The notes under the pieces were generated by a model that had not been told where the DNA came from, did not search any database, and saw only the letters and a program-made list of their open reading frames with translations. Both the position numbers and the translations under genes were made by a program. Positions 10,606 to 22,368 of a stretch of DNA of 34,365 nucleotides are shown here, one piece after another. The first letter of the stretch is position 1; the number at the start of each line of letters is the position of its first letter. Origin of the DNA: an uncultured Dehalococcoidales bacterium (GTDB lineage: Bacteria > Chloroflexota > Dehalococcoidia > Dehalococcoidales > ARS1013); NCBI GenBank assembly GCA_913046255.1, contig CAJWSH010000001.1:1-34365 (forward strand). Reading direction: 5' to 3'.

Positions 10606-11658
10606 CTATCCAGTTCTGTCTTTGGCTGCCAATTCTTCAATCAGTCTTAGGGCGTATTGATCGGTCATACCGGCGATATAGTCAACCACTCTGCGCTCTG
10701 GCTCGTCACTGTAAAACCGGTACTCCGGTGGCAGTTTGTCTTGGTGCTTAACGAAGTATTGATAAAGCTCACGCACTACTTTTCTTGCTTTTTCTGCCTC
10801 TTTGTGGGCTGACTGGATATAATATACCTGATCAAAGAGAAATTGGCGAAGTTTGTTGCTTGCCGTGGCAACTTTGTGGCTCATTCGTATTGTGGGCTTA
10901 GTGGTAGTGTCAGAACCAGTTGCTGCCCAGGAGTTCAAGATGATATCACAGACCATAGTATTGATGCGCTGTGAATGAAAGCGGCCTAATACCATAATCG
11001 CCGAGAGTGGTAAATCGTTCTCGGTGATTACGCCGGCTCTTATAGCATCTCCAATATCATGGTTAATATAGGCAATGGCATCGGCAATTCTACATACTTC
11101 ACCTTCAAGGGTAGCTACTTTTCTCCAGCTTTTTCCGAAGATAGCCTCCTCCGACTTGGAATGATTTTCAATGCCATCCCTTACCTCCCAGGTGAGGTTT
11201 AATCCTTGCCCACTCTTCTCCAGAAGTTCAACAACTCGCTGGCTTTGTTTGCTATGTCTAAAGCCATCGTGATAAAGCTCATTTAAAACTTCTTCACCTA
11301 CGTGACCAAAAGGAGTATGGCCTAAATCATGAGCCAGGCTGATTGCTTCGACAAGATCCTCGTTGAGATTCAAAGCACGAGCTATGGTACGGGCCAGTTG
11401 TGATACCTCTAAGGTATGAGTCAGCCGAGTTACATAGTGATCACCCAGTGGGGCAATGAAGACCTGTGTCTTATGTTTCAAGCGGCGGAAAGCCTTTGAG
11501 TGAATAATGCGGTCCCGATCGCGCTGAAAGGCGGTACGTATTGGACAGGGCTCTTCTGTTTTCAGCCTGCCCTGTGATCGCTTGCTCTTTACTGCATGAG
11601 GAGAAAGTGCCTCCTCTCGCTCTTCGGTCTGCTGGCGAATATTAAGTTGGGAAATCAC
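10606..11658 (-). CDS. HD-domain deoxyguanosinetriphosphate triphosphohydrolase-like protein
   Basis: Motifs are FQRDRDRIIHSKAFRRLKHKTQV, RLTHTLEVSQLARTIA and HDLGHTPFGH. The ORF-track start at 11745 lies inside ppsA. I prefer GTG at 11658-11656, which overlaps the ppsA TGA as GTGA. Confidence 0.85.
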   Translation of the reverse strand: MISQLNIRQQTEEREEALSPHAVKSKRSQGRLKTEEPCPIRTAFQRDRDRIIHSKAFRRLKHKTQVFIAPLGDHYVTRLTHTLEVSQLARTIARALNLNEDLVEAISLAHDLGHTPFGHVGEEVLNELYHDGFRHSKQSQRVVELLEKSGQGLNLTWEVRDGIENHSKSEEAIFGKSWRKVATLEGEVCRIADAIAYINHDIGDAIRAGVITENDLPLSAIMVLGRFHSQRINTMVCDIILNSWAATGSDTTTKPTIRMSHKVATASNKLRQFLFDQVYYIQSAHKEAEKARKVVRELYQYFVKHQDKLPPEYRFYSDEPERRVVDYIAGMTDQYALRLIEELAAKDRTG

Positions 11659-13910
11659 AGTTTTAGTTTTGTCTCTGCCATGGCAATTATCTCCCGGGTA
11701 GTGCCAATCATATCCGGGCTTACCGAAACTGAAGTAATACCCCATGAGACCAGTTTTTCAGTAAGTTCGGGATAGACTGAGGGTGCCTGCCCACAAATAG
11801 AGGAGGTGACATTCATACTCTTTGATATCTTGATAGCTCTTTCTAAAGCAATAAGAACCGCTTCATTTCTTTCATCAAAGGTATTGGAAAGTTTAGCACT
11901 GTCCCGGTCAATACCTAAGATGAGCTGGGTCAGATCGTTAGAACCAATGGATATGCCATCAATACCAACTTTAAGGAATTTCTCTATAAGGAAAATATTG
12001 GACGGTATTTCAACCATCATCCACAGTTTGAAATCATGGCTGCGCTTTAGTTCCTCTTGCTCCATAATTTTTATTGTTTGCTCAAGCTCGTTAACGGTGC
12101 GGACAAAAGGAATCATCATCCACAGATTGGGGAAGTCACGTCTTACTCTCTTTATGGCTTCAATTTCTAGCCTGAATGCGTCAATGTCAACAATATAACG
12201 AGAGGTTCCCCTATAACCGAGCATGGGGTTTTCCTCAATCTCTTCAAACTCCTGACCACCGGTAAGTTTTCGATATTCATTAGTTTTAAGATCGGTGGTT
12301 CGAAAGACCACCGGACGAGGGCTGAAGGCTTTGGCAAAGGAATAGATCCCCTGGTAGAGTTTATTAATAAATTCTTCACCCCGATTCTCTTTGAGCATGT
12401 AATTGGGATGTTGCCCAATTTGGGCTATCATGAATTCAGCTCTAAGCAGGCCAACGCCATCCACATTGCGAGCAGCTATCAGATCAGCCAGATCAGGTTG
12501 AGCCAGATTGACATAAACCTTGGTCTTGGTCTTAATTGACTCCTTGAGAATATTGGTGACAAAGGTGGTGGTTATATTCCGACTTATCCTGCCGTTATAG
12601 ATCTTGCCATGTGAGCCGTCCACGGTGATTATTTGCCCATCAATCAGGGTAGTTGTTGCTCCCTCGACACCGACCACACAAGGAATTCCAAGCTCTCTAC
12701 TAACAATAGCAGCATGGGCGGTTCGACCACCTCGGTTAGTGACAATGGCTATCGCCCTTTTCATCGCCGGCACAAAATCAGGAGTCGTCATCTCAGCTAC
12801 CAAGATATCACCATCGCGTACTCGGTCGATCTGTGAAGTCTTATATATCATTTTAACCGGTCCGGATGCCAACCCTGGGCTGGCAGCATTTCCGGTAAGC
12901 AGCACCGGGGCGTTGATTTCGGGTTCAACCTCGATTGCCTCCTTGAGAGTGGTTACTGGGCGGGTTTGAACAATATAAAACTTATTATTTTCCTTTGCCC
13001 ATTCAATATCCTGTGGACTTCGGTAGTGGCCTTCAAGCTGTTTTCCCAGCATGGCTAGGCGGAGAATATCCTTATCAGTTAATTTCTGCTGAGTCTGTGT
13101 TTTAGATGGTAGTGTTTGCCAGGTATTAGTCTTCTTGTGATCGATAAGGGGGTTTCTCTCCAGTTGTTGTTGCTGTCGGTTTAGACTTTTGGAGCAGATT
13201 GACAAATCCATTTTATTTATAATATAAAGGTCAGGGTTTACTTCGCCTGAGACAAGGCCCTCACCCAGACCATATATTGCCTCAATGATCATCTTTGAGT
13301 TATCATTGGTTACCGGTTCTATAGTGAACATAACTCCTGAGGTTTCGGAGGCGACCATTTTTTGCACCGGAACGGCAATACCGACCTTAAAATGATCAAA
13401 ACCTTGCTGGGATCTGTAGTAGATGGCCCGAGATTCAAAAAGAGAAGCCCAACAAGTTTGGACGGCAGCCACTACGCTATCCTCTCCCCAAACATTGAGA
13501 AAGGAGCTTTGCTGGCCGGCAAAGGAGGCTTTAGGCAGGTCCTCAGCAGTTGCTGAAGAGCGCACTGCAACCAGATCGCCAGCCAATTTACGATAAGCTT
13601 CTTTGATTTCAGTGGCTATCTTTGCCGGCATGGAGGCAACTAGAATTAACTTTTTAATTTTTGAAGCAACTTGTTGCAATTGCTTACTGTCATCCGGATT
13701 TAAGGATTTTAGTAGAGCAAGAATTTTATCGCTGCTATCTGACTCGTGTAAAAATTGATAGTAGGCATTTACAGTGACAATGAAACCTGGTGGAACTGGT
13801 ATATGAGCAGCGGTCATTTCACCTAGGTTTGCTCCCTTGCCACCAACAATCGAAACATCTTCTTTAGTGACCTCATCAAACCATAAAATAATCTTTTGAG
13901 TATTGTGCAT
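11655..13910 (-). CDS. ppsA: Phosphoenolpyruvate synthase (pyruvate, water dikinase)
   Basis: 751 aa. The N-terminal ATP-grasp region reads GGKGANLGEM. The phosphohistidine swivel domain reads TNRGGRTAHAAIVSRELGIPCVVG. A C-terminal PEP-utilising TIM barrel reads ISIGSNDLTQL. Confidence 0.92.
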   Translation of the reverse strand: MHNTQKIILWFDEVTKEDVSIVGGKGANLGEMTAAHIPVPPGFIVTVNAYYQFLHESDSSDKILALLKSLNPDDSKQLQQVASKIKKLILVASMPAKIATEIKEAYRKLAGDLVAVRSSATAEDLPKASFAGQQSSFLNVWGEDSVVAAVQTCWASLFESRAIYYRSQQGFDHFKVGIAVPVQKMVASETSGVMFTIEPVTNDNSKMIIEAIYGLGEGLVSGEVNPDLYIINKMDLSICSKSLNRQQQQLERNPLIDHKKTNTWQTLPSKTQTQQKLTDKDILRLAMLGKQLEGHYRSPQDIEWAKENNKFYIVQTRPVTTLKEAIEVEPEINAPVLLTGNAASPGLASGPVKMIYKTSQIDRVRDGDILVAEMTTPDFVPAMKRAIAIVTNRGGRTAHAAIVSRELGIPCVVGVEGATTTLIDGQIITVDGSHGKIYNGRISRNITTTFVTNILKESIKTKTKVYVNLAQPDLADLIAARNVDGVGLLRAEFMIAQIGQHPNYMLKENRGEEFINKLYQGIYSFAKAFSPRPVVFRTTDLKTNEYRKLTGGQEFEEIEENPMLGYRGTSRYIVDIDAFRLEIEAIKRVRRDFPNLWMMIPFVRTVNELEQTIKIMEQEELKRSHDFKLWMMVEIPSNIFLIEKFLKVGIDGISIGSNDLTQLILGIDRDSAKLSNTFDERNEAVLIALERAIKISKSMNVTSSICGQAPSVYPELTEKLVSWGITSVSVSPDMIGTTREIIAMAETKLKL

Positions 13911-14025
13911 AGTTGTAACGTTTCCTTATTTAATGGTGGATTTGGCAGGAGCGTTGTTATTATACCATACCGCCAGCAATGTTAACCAAGATGCTTCAGT
14001 CGATCAGTATCTCCGGCCTCTCTAG

Positions 14026-14054
14026 TTGACAGCTTTGGTAGTGAGGAGTAGAAT
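14026..14054 (+). promoter_or_regulatory. Putative sigma-70 promoter of the bifunctional nuclease gene
   Basis: TTGACA (14026-14031), a 17-nt spacer, then TAGAAT (14049-14054). It lies about 55 nt upstream of the ATG. Confidence 0.5.
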
Positions 14055-14109
14055 TGAATACGTTGGTTAAGAAATAAAAGAGGTTTAGTTTCATTAGGAG
14101 GGGCTGTTT

Positions 14110-14673
14110 ATGATAGAGATGACTATTGACAGTATTCGTGGTGGCCTGATGAACTCTCAATTTGTGGTAATTCTAAAAGAGAAGATGGCAGATCGCTATC
14201 TGCCTATCTGGATTGGTCCATCTGAGGCCAATGCCATAGCTATAAAGCTGCGAGGTGATAATTTGCCCAGGCCTCTAACTCATGACTTGCTGTGCTTGAT
14301 AATTGATGGCCTAGGGGCTTCTGTAGATTCTATTATTGTCTGTGACCTTAAGAATGACACTTTCTATGCCAAGATTATTCTCAATGTAAGCAATGCCCAA
14401 GTGGAAATAGACTCTCGTCCCAGTGATGCACTGGCGTTGGCGGTCAGATCAGATGTGACCATTTATACTGAAGAGTCGGTTCTGGATAGGGCAAGTATAC
14501 TGCTGGATAAAGAGACCGGTAAGCCCATTATTGACGAAGGTGATTTGGAAGATGAGAGCAAGGGTAAAGGTAAAAGCAGAAAGATTAGTGATGAAGAGTT
14601 GAAAAAGTTATCTGCCTTCCGAGACTTTATAGACAATCTTGACTTGGACGACTTTGATAAACGAAAGTCTTGA
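14110..14673 (+). CDS. Bifunctional nuclease (BFN/DUF151) family protein
   Basis: 187 aa with RBS AGGAGG. Motifs are LPIWIG..EA.AI, RP.THDL and DSRPSDALALAVR, with an acidic C-terminal tail. Confidence 0.8.
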   Translation: MIEMTIDSIRGGLMNSQFVVILKEKMADRYLPIWIGPSEANAIAIKLRGDNLPRPLTHDLLCLIIDGLGASVDSIIVCDLKNDTFYAKIILNVSNAQVEIDSRPSDALALAVRSDVTIYTEESVLDRASILLDKETGKPIIDEGDLEDESKGKGKSRKISDEELKKLSAFRDFIDNLDLDDFDKRKS

Positions 14674-14712
14674 GCAAGAACCGTAGGTCATGTGCTATTG
14701 TCAGGTGATAGC

Positions 14713-14742
14713 TTGACTTGAATGAAATGGTTCTGGTATGCT
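14713..14742 (+). promoter_or_regulatory. Putative promoter of the atp operon
   Basis: TTGACT (14713-14718), an 18-nt spacer, then extended -10 TGgTATGCT (14734-14742). It lies about 25 nt upstream of atpZ. Confidence 0.35.
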
Positions 14743-14767
14743 TACACCTTAAGAATTTGAGGCTGGT

Positions 14768-14992
14768 ATGCGCCTGTGGCAAGTAGCGCTAGGGCTGATA
14801 GGTGTTGGATGGTATGTTGCCGGTGCAATTCTATTGGGTGTGTTTGCTGGGCTGTGGCTGGACGATAAGTTTAATACCAAGCCCTTTTTCGTGGTAGCTG
14901 GTCTAATTCTTGGCATTATTGTTGCTGGTTACAGCGTTTATAAGATGCTTTTGCCATTCATCACTACCAAAGAAAATAAGGAGGACGGCTAG
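14768..14992 (+). CDS. atpZ: AtpZ/AtpI-family small membrane protein of the ATP synthase operon
   Basis: 74 aa with two hydrophobic helices (VGWYVAGAILLGVFAGLWLD, VVAGLILGIIVAGYSVY). It is the first gene of the atp operon, and its stop overlaps the atpB GTG by 1 nt. Confidence 0.75.
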   Translation: MRLWQVALGLIGVGWYVAGAILLGVFAGLWLDDKFNTKPFFVVAGLILGIIVAGYSVYKMLLPFITTKENKEDG

Positions 14993-15948
14993 TGCCTAAA
15001 CGGGCTTTTCTGGGTTGCTCCTTCCCTGTTGTAGTTGGTATTTCAGTTATCTTATTTTTTCTATTGATTGTTGGCTTTATTGTCGGTGAGATTGGTAAAA
15101 GCATTTTCGGCGAGATTGGCTTGTCAAATTGGTTCAGTGTTACCCGACCCCACCCCGAACTGCCAGCGGAAGAAGTCTTCACTATGTTCGGCTTCTCGAT
15201 TACTAACACTATTATTGCCGCTTGGATTACAGTTGTTGTCTTGGTGCGCTTTTCTTTTAGTGTTACTCGTCGTATGAAACTTGTTCCAGGTAGGATGCAA
15301 AGTGCTTTCGAGTTTCTGATTGGCTGGCTGTATGACCTTTGCCGGAGTGTTGCCGGTGAGCGGAATGGACGCCGTTTTTTTCCAATTGTAGCTACCATTT
15401 TTCTTTTTGTTAGCTTTAATGCTTGGTTGGGTCTGCTACCAGGCTTTGGCTCTATAACTATCACTACTGACGTGGATCCGGTGCATCTATTTCGACCGGC
15501 TAATACCGATATTAACATGCCTCTGGCTCTTGCACTGGTCTCTTTTGTTTTCGTTGAGTTCTTTGGTCTGCGGACGCTTGGTCGCCGGTATATGGTGAAG
15601 TTCATTAATGTCGGGCGTTTTTTAAAAAGTATCAGGCAAATTGCGAGAGGCAAAATAGGTGCTGGTCTTAATGATATGTTCATCGGTGTTATTGAGATTT
15701 TCATTGGTTTTCTAGAGCTCTTAAGTGAATTTATCCGTATCATCAGTCTCACCTTTCGTCTTTTTGGCAATATGACAGCCGGTGAGATACTTATTTTGGT
15801 GACCGTTTTCCTTGTTCCTTGGCTATTCGTTATACCATTTTATGGGCTTGAGTTGCTTATTGGCTTCATCCAGGCTCTTATATTTGGTGGGCTCACCTTG
15901 ATATTCCTAACACTGGCGGTGACCCCTCATGAGGTAGGAGAGCACTAG
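14992..15948 (+). CDS. atpB: F0F1 ATP synthase subunit a
   Basis: 318 aa with a GTG start after AAGGAGGA. It is polytopic and carries the conserved LTFRLFGNM motif with the essential Arg, plus LIQALIF near the C-terminus. Confidence 0.93.
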   Translation: MPKRAFLGCSFPVVVGISVILFFLLIVGFIVGEIGKSIFGEIGLSNWFSVTRPHPELPAEEVFTMFGFSITNTIIAAWITVVVLVRFSFSVTRRMKLVPGRMQSAFEFLIGWLYDLCRSVAGERNGRRFFPIVATIFLFVSFNAWLGLLPGFGSITITTDVDPVHLFRPANTDINMPLALALVSFVFVEFFGLRTLGRRYMVKFINVGRFLKSIRQIARGKIGAGLNDMFIGVIEIFIGFLELLSEFIRIISLTFRLFGNMTAGEILILVTVFLVPWLFVIPFYGLELLIGFIQALIFGGLTLIFLTLAVTPHEVGEH

Positions 15949-16002
15949 GCAGGGATATTTGTCTATTAAGTAGTGCTAAAAATTTTATATGGGAGGATAC
16001 GA

Positions 16003-16233
16003 ATGGATCCAGCTTCTATGAAAATGTTGGCGATAGGACTGGCGGTTGGTCTGGGGATGTTGGGGCCAGGTCTGGCTCTTGGGCTTATTGGTTTTTCCGC
16101 TTTGCAGGGGATAGCCCGTAACCCTGAGGCAAAGGGTCCCATATTTACCAATATGATATTGATTGCCGGTCTGGCTGAGGCTGTTGCTATCTATGTTTTG
16201 ATTATAGCCATTCTCTTGGCTATGATTGTCTAG
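16003..16233 (+). CDS. atpE: F0F1 ATP synthase subunit c
   Basis: I prefer ATG at 16003 (GGGAGGA 6 nt upstream) over the ORF-track start at 15973. The 76-aa product is a hairpin with a GxGxGxG-like helix 1, an RNPE loop and the carboxylate in GLAEAVAIY. The E-A pair suggests an H+-type site rather than a Na+-type E-S/T site. Confidence 0.92.
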   Translation: MDPASMKMLAIGLAVGLGMLGPGLALGLIGFSALQGIARNPEAKGPIFTNMILIAGLAEAVAIYVLIIAILLAMIV

Positions 16234-16254
16234 CAGATTAATGGGAGGGCTGTC

Positions 16255-16371
16255 ATGGACCAAGATGGAATTCCTTCAATCATAGTTGCTCTTATCGGAG
16301 CAGCTATTGTGGTGGCAGTAGTTGGTGGCCTATTGACATTAGTTGCGGCACTTCTCATCTGGACGCTCTAA
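16255..16371 (+). CDS. Unlisted 38-aa single-pass membrane mini-ORF between atpE and atpF
   Basis: ATG at 16255 lies 5 nt after GGGAGGG. The product is MDQDGIPSIIVALIGAAIVVAVVGGLLTLVAALLIWTL, ending at TAA 16369-16371. It is below the ORF-track cutoff and fills most of an otherwise unexplained 181-bp intra-operon gap. Confidence 0.35.
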   Translation: MDQDGIPSIIVALIGAAIVVAVVGGLLTLVAALLIWTL

Positions 16372-16414
16372 TGCGTCAATGGTAAAGGAATTATTATTTA
16401 TGGGGGACTGAGAA

Positions 16415-16915
16415 ATGGAAGGCCTCGGTATAAACGTGCCGACATTAACAGCACAGATCGTAAATTTTGCCATTCTACTGGGCCTTTTGTATCTGGTGGC
16501 TTATAGGCCGCTTATGAGAATGCTTGATGAGCGTTCCCGGCGGATTAAAGAAAGTATGGAACAAACTGAGTTGATTAAGGAGCAGGCGGCTAAAGCTGAA
16601 CAGGAGACCGAAAAGCGTATTGCTGCAGCCAATAAGGAAGGGCTGAAGATAATAGCCCAGGCGGTTAAAACTGGGGAAGACGTGAGACAGAAGGCACAAG
16701 GAGCAGCTAAGAAAGAGGCAGGAACCCTTATCACCAAGGCACAGATTGAGATTCAGCGAGAGCGGGACGAAGCTATTAGTGAGCTACGCAAGGAATTTGC
16801 TGATTTAACTATACTGGCCGCTGAGAAGATAATTGACCGTTCACTGGATAAGGAAGCACATCGCGAGCTTATTGATCAGGTGCTTAAAGAGAGTTCCCGT
16901 TTGAAAGAAGATTAG
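16415..16915 (+). CDS. atpF: F0F1 ATP synthase subunit b
   Basis: 166 aa. The N-terminal TM helix reads TAQIVNFAILLGLLYLVAYRPL, followed by a long charged helix. Operon position agrees. Confidence 0.9.
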   Translation: MEGLGINVPTLTAQIVNFAILLGLLYLVAYRPLMRMLDERSRRIKESMEQTELIKEQAAKAEQETEKRIAAANKEGLKIIAQAVKTGEDVRQKAQGAAKKEAGTLITKAQIEIQRERDEAISELRKEFADLTILAAEKIIDRSLDKEAHRELIDQVLKESSRLKED

Positions 16916-16936
16916 TTTTTTCTGAAGGAAATTGTA

Positions 16937-17464
16937 ATGGCTAGAAAAATCTCTGTTAGATGCTATGCTCAAGCAATGTTTGATCTTGGTTTGGAGAAAG
17001 AGCAATTGGATTGTTGGCAGTCTGACATAGAGAAGGTTGCTGGTCTGGGTCGGGATGTAACGATTGTTGCATATCTTGGGAATCCAAAAGTTCATTTTGA
17101 AGATAAAGCCAGACTGCTGGCCGAGACACTGGGGGATATAGACCCTTTGGTACTAAACATAGTTTACCTGTTGCTTGCCAAAGGTAAGTTGAATATGGTG
17201 GCTGATATTGCCAATGAGTATCAGCGACTACTGGATAATCATCATGGTATTGAGCAGGCTGAGGTTATAACGGCTGTTCCCCTTGATGATGAGGCTAAGC
17301 TAAAATTAAGCCAGCGCTTGGGTGATATAATCGGCAAAAAAATAGTGCTTAAGATTAAAGTAGACCATAGCATAATCGGTGGCTTTGTCGCCAGAGTTGC
17401 CGGTAAATTGGTTGATGGCAGTACTCGCAATAAACTGGCCACTCTGAAAAAGGAAATGGCTTGA
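16937..17464 (+). CDS. atpH: F0F1 ATP synthase subunit delta (OSCP)
   Basis: 175 aa. Motifs are YAQAMFDL and a C-terminal IIGGFVARVAGKLVDGS. Operon position agrees. Confidence 0.9.
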   Translation: MARKISVRCYAQAMFDLGLEKEQLDCWQSDIEKVAGLGRDVTIVAYLGNPKVHFEDKARLLAETLGDIDPLVLNIVYLLLAKGKLNMVADIANEYQRLLDNHHGIEQAEVITAVPLDDEAKLKLSQRLGDIIGKKIVLKIKVDHSIIGGFVARVAGKLVDGSTRNKLATLKKEMA

Positions 17465-17504
17465 AACAGGCTTTAGAGAGGTAGCTGCTAAGGAGGTAGC
17501 TTAA

Positions 17505-19019
17505 GTGGCAACTAGAGGGCAAGATATCGTTTCGATTATAAAAGCGCAAATCAAACAATTTGGTGCTCAAATGACCGTGGTGGATGTGGGCACCGTGATT
17601 GGGGTTGGCGATGGTATTGCTAGAATTCATGGATTGGCAGCGGCTAAATATAATGAGCTACTCGAATTCCCTAACGATGTTTTAGGGATTGCTCTCAATC
17701 TGGAGGAGGATAGTGTCGCCGCTGTTATCCTTGGTGATGGTAGTGGTATTAAAGAGGGCGACGAGGTACGCTGCACTGGACGTATTGCTGAAGTGCCGGT
17801 TGGCGAGTCTCTTATCGGTCGGATAATTAACCCGTTGGGTGATACAATAGATGGTAAGAGTAAGGTGAAGTATGAAAAAGTTCGACCGCTTGAGTTGGTT
17901 GCTCCTAATGTGGTTGCCCGCAAATCGGTGGATATGCCGGTACAGACTGGCATTAAGGCGATAGATAGCATGATTCCAATCGGTCGTGGGCAGAGGGAAC
18001 TCATTATCGGTGACCGTTCCACTGGGAAAACGGCTATTGCCCTTGATACGATTATTAACCAAAAGGATGGCGATTTAATTTGCATCTATGTTGCTATTGG
18101 TCAGAAGGCCTCTAAGGTAGCCCAAGTAGCAGCCAACCTGGAATCTCATGGCGCTATGGCACATACCATAATTATTGCTGCTAATGCCTCCGAGTCGGTT
18201 GCCCTGCAATATCTGGCTCCCTATGCTGGCTGTGCCATAGGTGAGGAGTTTATGGAGCAAGGTAAGGATGCCTTAATTGTCTATGATGATCTTTCCAAGC
18301 ATAGCTGGGCTTATCGTCAGCTGTCGCTACTACTGCGCCGGCCACCAGGGCGAGAAGCCTATCCTGGTGACATATTCTATCTGCACAGTCGCTTGCTGGA
18401 GAGGTCGGCGAGAATGAATGAAGAGCACGGTGGCGGTTCTCTTACCGCTTTGCCTATAATTGAAACACAGGCCGGTGATGTTGCTGCCTATATTCCAACC
18501 AATGTTATTTCAATTACTGACGGTCAGATTTATGTGGAACCAGACCTGTTTAATGCTGGCATCAGGCCAGCGATCAATGTTGGTCTTTCAGTCTCCCGAG
18601 TGGGCAGTGCTGCTCAGACCAAGGCAATCAAGAAGGTCGCCGGTAAACTCAAGCTGGAAATGGCCCAGTATCGGGAGCTGGCTGCCTTTGCCCAGTTCGG
18701 CACCACCGAACTTGATAAAGCCACCAGAGCCCAGATTGATCGCGGTCAACGCATTACCGAAGTCTTGAAACAACCTCAGTTTGTTCCTATGCCGTTGGAA
18801 AGGCAGGTTATGGTCTTGTATGCTGCTATCAACGCCTATATTGATGATGTGCCGGTAAATAAAATAGCCGATTTTGAAACCAGCTTCTATGCCTTTATGG
18901 AAGCCAGGTATCCGAAGATAGGTAGGACAATCATCAAGGAAAAGGACATAAGTATTGAGACTGAAAAAGCCTTGAAAGATGCTATTTGTGAGTTTAAAAA
19001 GAGTTTTCTAACTGAATAG
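17505..19019 (+). CDS. atpA: F0F1 ATP synthase subunit alpha
   Basis: 504 aa with a GTG start after AAGGAGG. Walker A is GDRSTGKT. Also present are [10 protein letters not shown] and [20 protein letters not shown]. Confidence 0.97.
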   Translation: MATRGQDIVSIIKAQIKQFGAQMTVVDVGTVIGVGDGIARIHGLAAAKYNELLEFPNDVLGIALNLEEDSVAAVILGDGSGIKEGDEVRCTGRIAEVPVGESLIGRIINPLGDTIDGKSKVKYEKVRPLELVAPNVVARKSVDMPVQTGIKAIDSMIPIGRGQRELIIGDRSTGKTAIALDTIINQKDGDLICIYVAIGQKASKVAQVAANLESHGAMAHTIIIAANASESVALQYLAPYAGCAIGEEFMEQGKDALIVYDDLSKHSWAYRQLSLLLRRPPGREAYPGDIFYLHSRLLERSARMNEEHGGGSLTALPIIETQAGDVAAYIPTNVISITDGQIYVEPDLFNAGIRPAINVGLSVSRVGSAAQTKAIKKVAGKLKLEMAQYRELAAFAQFGTTELDKATRAQIDRGQRITEVLKQPQFVPMPLERQVMVLYAAINAYIDDVPVNKIADFETSFYAFMEARYPKIGRTIIKEKDISIETEKALKDAICEFKKSFLTE

Positions 19020-19091
19020 GTTAAAGAACGATAAACGAGGTCAGGCAAAATATTTATAATAGTATATTGAAAGGGTGAAATCCTTTTAAAA

Positions 19092-19145
19092 ACCATCTTT
19101 CCACTCTCCTTTAGGGATGGGAGTGAGGAGGGGATTTAAGAGGAT
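19092..19145. repeat. GA-rich element, copy 3, inside the atpA-atpG spacer
   Basis: Sequence is ACCATCTTTCCACTCTCCTTTAGGGATGGGAGTGAGGAGGGGATTTAAGAGGAT. CACTCTC (19102-19108) can pair with GGGAGTG (19119-19125). It is related by eye to 888-923 and to the reverse complement of 4196-4250. Confidence 0.3.
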
Positions 19146-19198
19146 TCTCAGGAAAATCGAAGATTTTTCTGAATGTTTGAAAGGGGGGAGACCAAGGA

Positions 19199-21483
<2,285 letters not shown>

Positions 21484-21493
21484 ATGTTGTGAG

Positions 21494-21513
21494 TTATCTT
21501 ATGGGTAAGATAA
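21494..21513 (+). other. AT-rich hairpin between atpD and atpC
   Basis: TTATCTTA-TGGG-TAAGATAA is a perfect 8-bp stem with a 4-nt loop, 11 nt after the atpD stop. No U-tract follows, so it is not called a terminator. Confidence 0.3.
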
Positions 21514-21562
21514 GAAAGGCGAATGGTGTGGAGCATAATCTATAAGAAGAAGGTGAACTTGA

Positions 21563-21988
21563 GTGGTAACCTTAAGGCTTGATATTGTTACTGCTGAGCA
21601 GGCGGTATATTCTGAGGATGTAGACATGGTTATTGTCCCCGGCGTTCTGGGCCAGCTAGGGATTCTACCGCATCATACTCCTTTGATGACTATGCTTGAG
21701 CCCGGTGAGCTGATAGCCAAGAAAGATAGTGATGAATTCGGTTTGGTTGTTTCCGGTGGTTTTCTTGAGGTGCGACCCGATCGGGCAATAATCCTGGCTG
21801 ATACTGCTGAGAGAGCTGAAGAGATCGATATAGCTCGGGCTGAAGAAGCTAAACATCGTGCCGAGCAGCATCTCGCTGACAAATATGCTCTCGGAGTAGA
21901 TACCGCTCGGGCAGGAGCGGCACTACGTCGCTCATTGATCCGCCTTGAGGTAGCAAGGAGACGGCGAAAAAGAAGGCTAGAAATCTAA
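21563..21988 (+). CDS. atpC: F0F1 ATP synthase subunit epsilon
   Basis: 141 aa with a GTG start. Motifs are [15 protein letters not shown] and [13 protein letters not shown] helical C-terminal domain is present and it is the last gene of the operon. Confidence 0.9.
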   Translation: MVTLRLDIVTAEQAVYSEDVDMVIVPGVLGQLGILPHHTPLMTMLEPGELIAKKDSDEFGLVVSGGFLEVRPDRAIILADTAERAEEIDIARAEEAKHRAEQHLADKYALGVDTARAGAALRRSLIRLEVARRRRKRRLEI

Positions 21989-22137
21989 ACGGGTATCATG
22001 TGGTCTTAGCAGATTGCAGATCGATGTGGTGAGGAAAAGATAACCTGTCAACTTAAAGTTAGCTTGGCATAAACACAATCTCTCTATGTTTTAAGACCCC
22101 GGCTTGTTACCTTGACAAATGATTGTTTGAGGTTATT

Positions 22138-22368
22138 TTAGATAATCTCAAGATTAACTCTGGTGCCGGCTTTAGCTGCCTTTACCCGGATTAGGGTACG
22201 CATGGCTTGAGCTATTCGGCCCTGTTTACCGATTATTCTGCCCTTATCATCATCAGCGACCTGTAATTTAAGTGTTGTGCCTTCTTCTTCCGATACTTCT
22301 TCGGTGACTACCACATCATCTGGTGCATCGACAAGAGATTTGGCGATGTACTCTATTAGATTTCTCAT
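22138..22368 (-). CDS. KH-domain RNA-binding protein (YlqC/UPF0109 family)
   Basis: 76 aa containing [19 protein letters not shown]. It lies immediately downstream of rpsP with a 4-nt ATGA overlap, which is the usual pairing. Confidence 0.9.
   Translation of the reverse strand: MRNLIEYIAKSLVDAPDDVVVTEEVSEEEGTTLKLQVADDDKGRIIGKQGRIAQAMRTLIRVKAAKAGTRVNLEII

Noticed and set aside
15973-16002. Longer atpE start from the ORF track (86 aa)
   Set aside because: The extra MLKILYGRIR would precede the RBS GGGAGGA that serves ATG 16003. The 76-aa form matches the usual c-subunit length.
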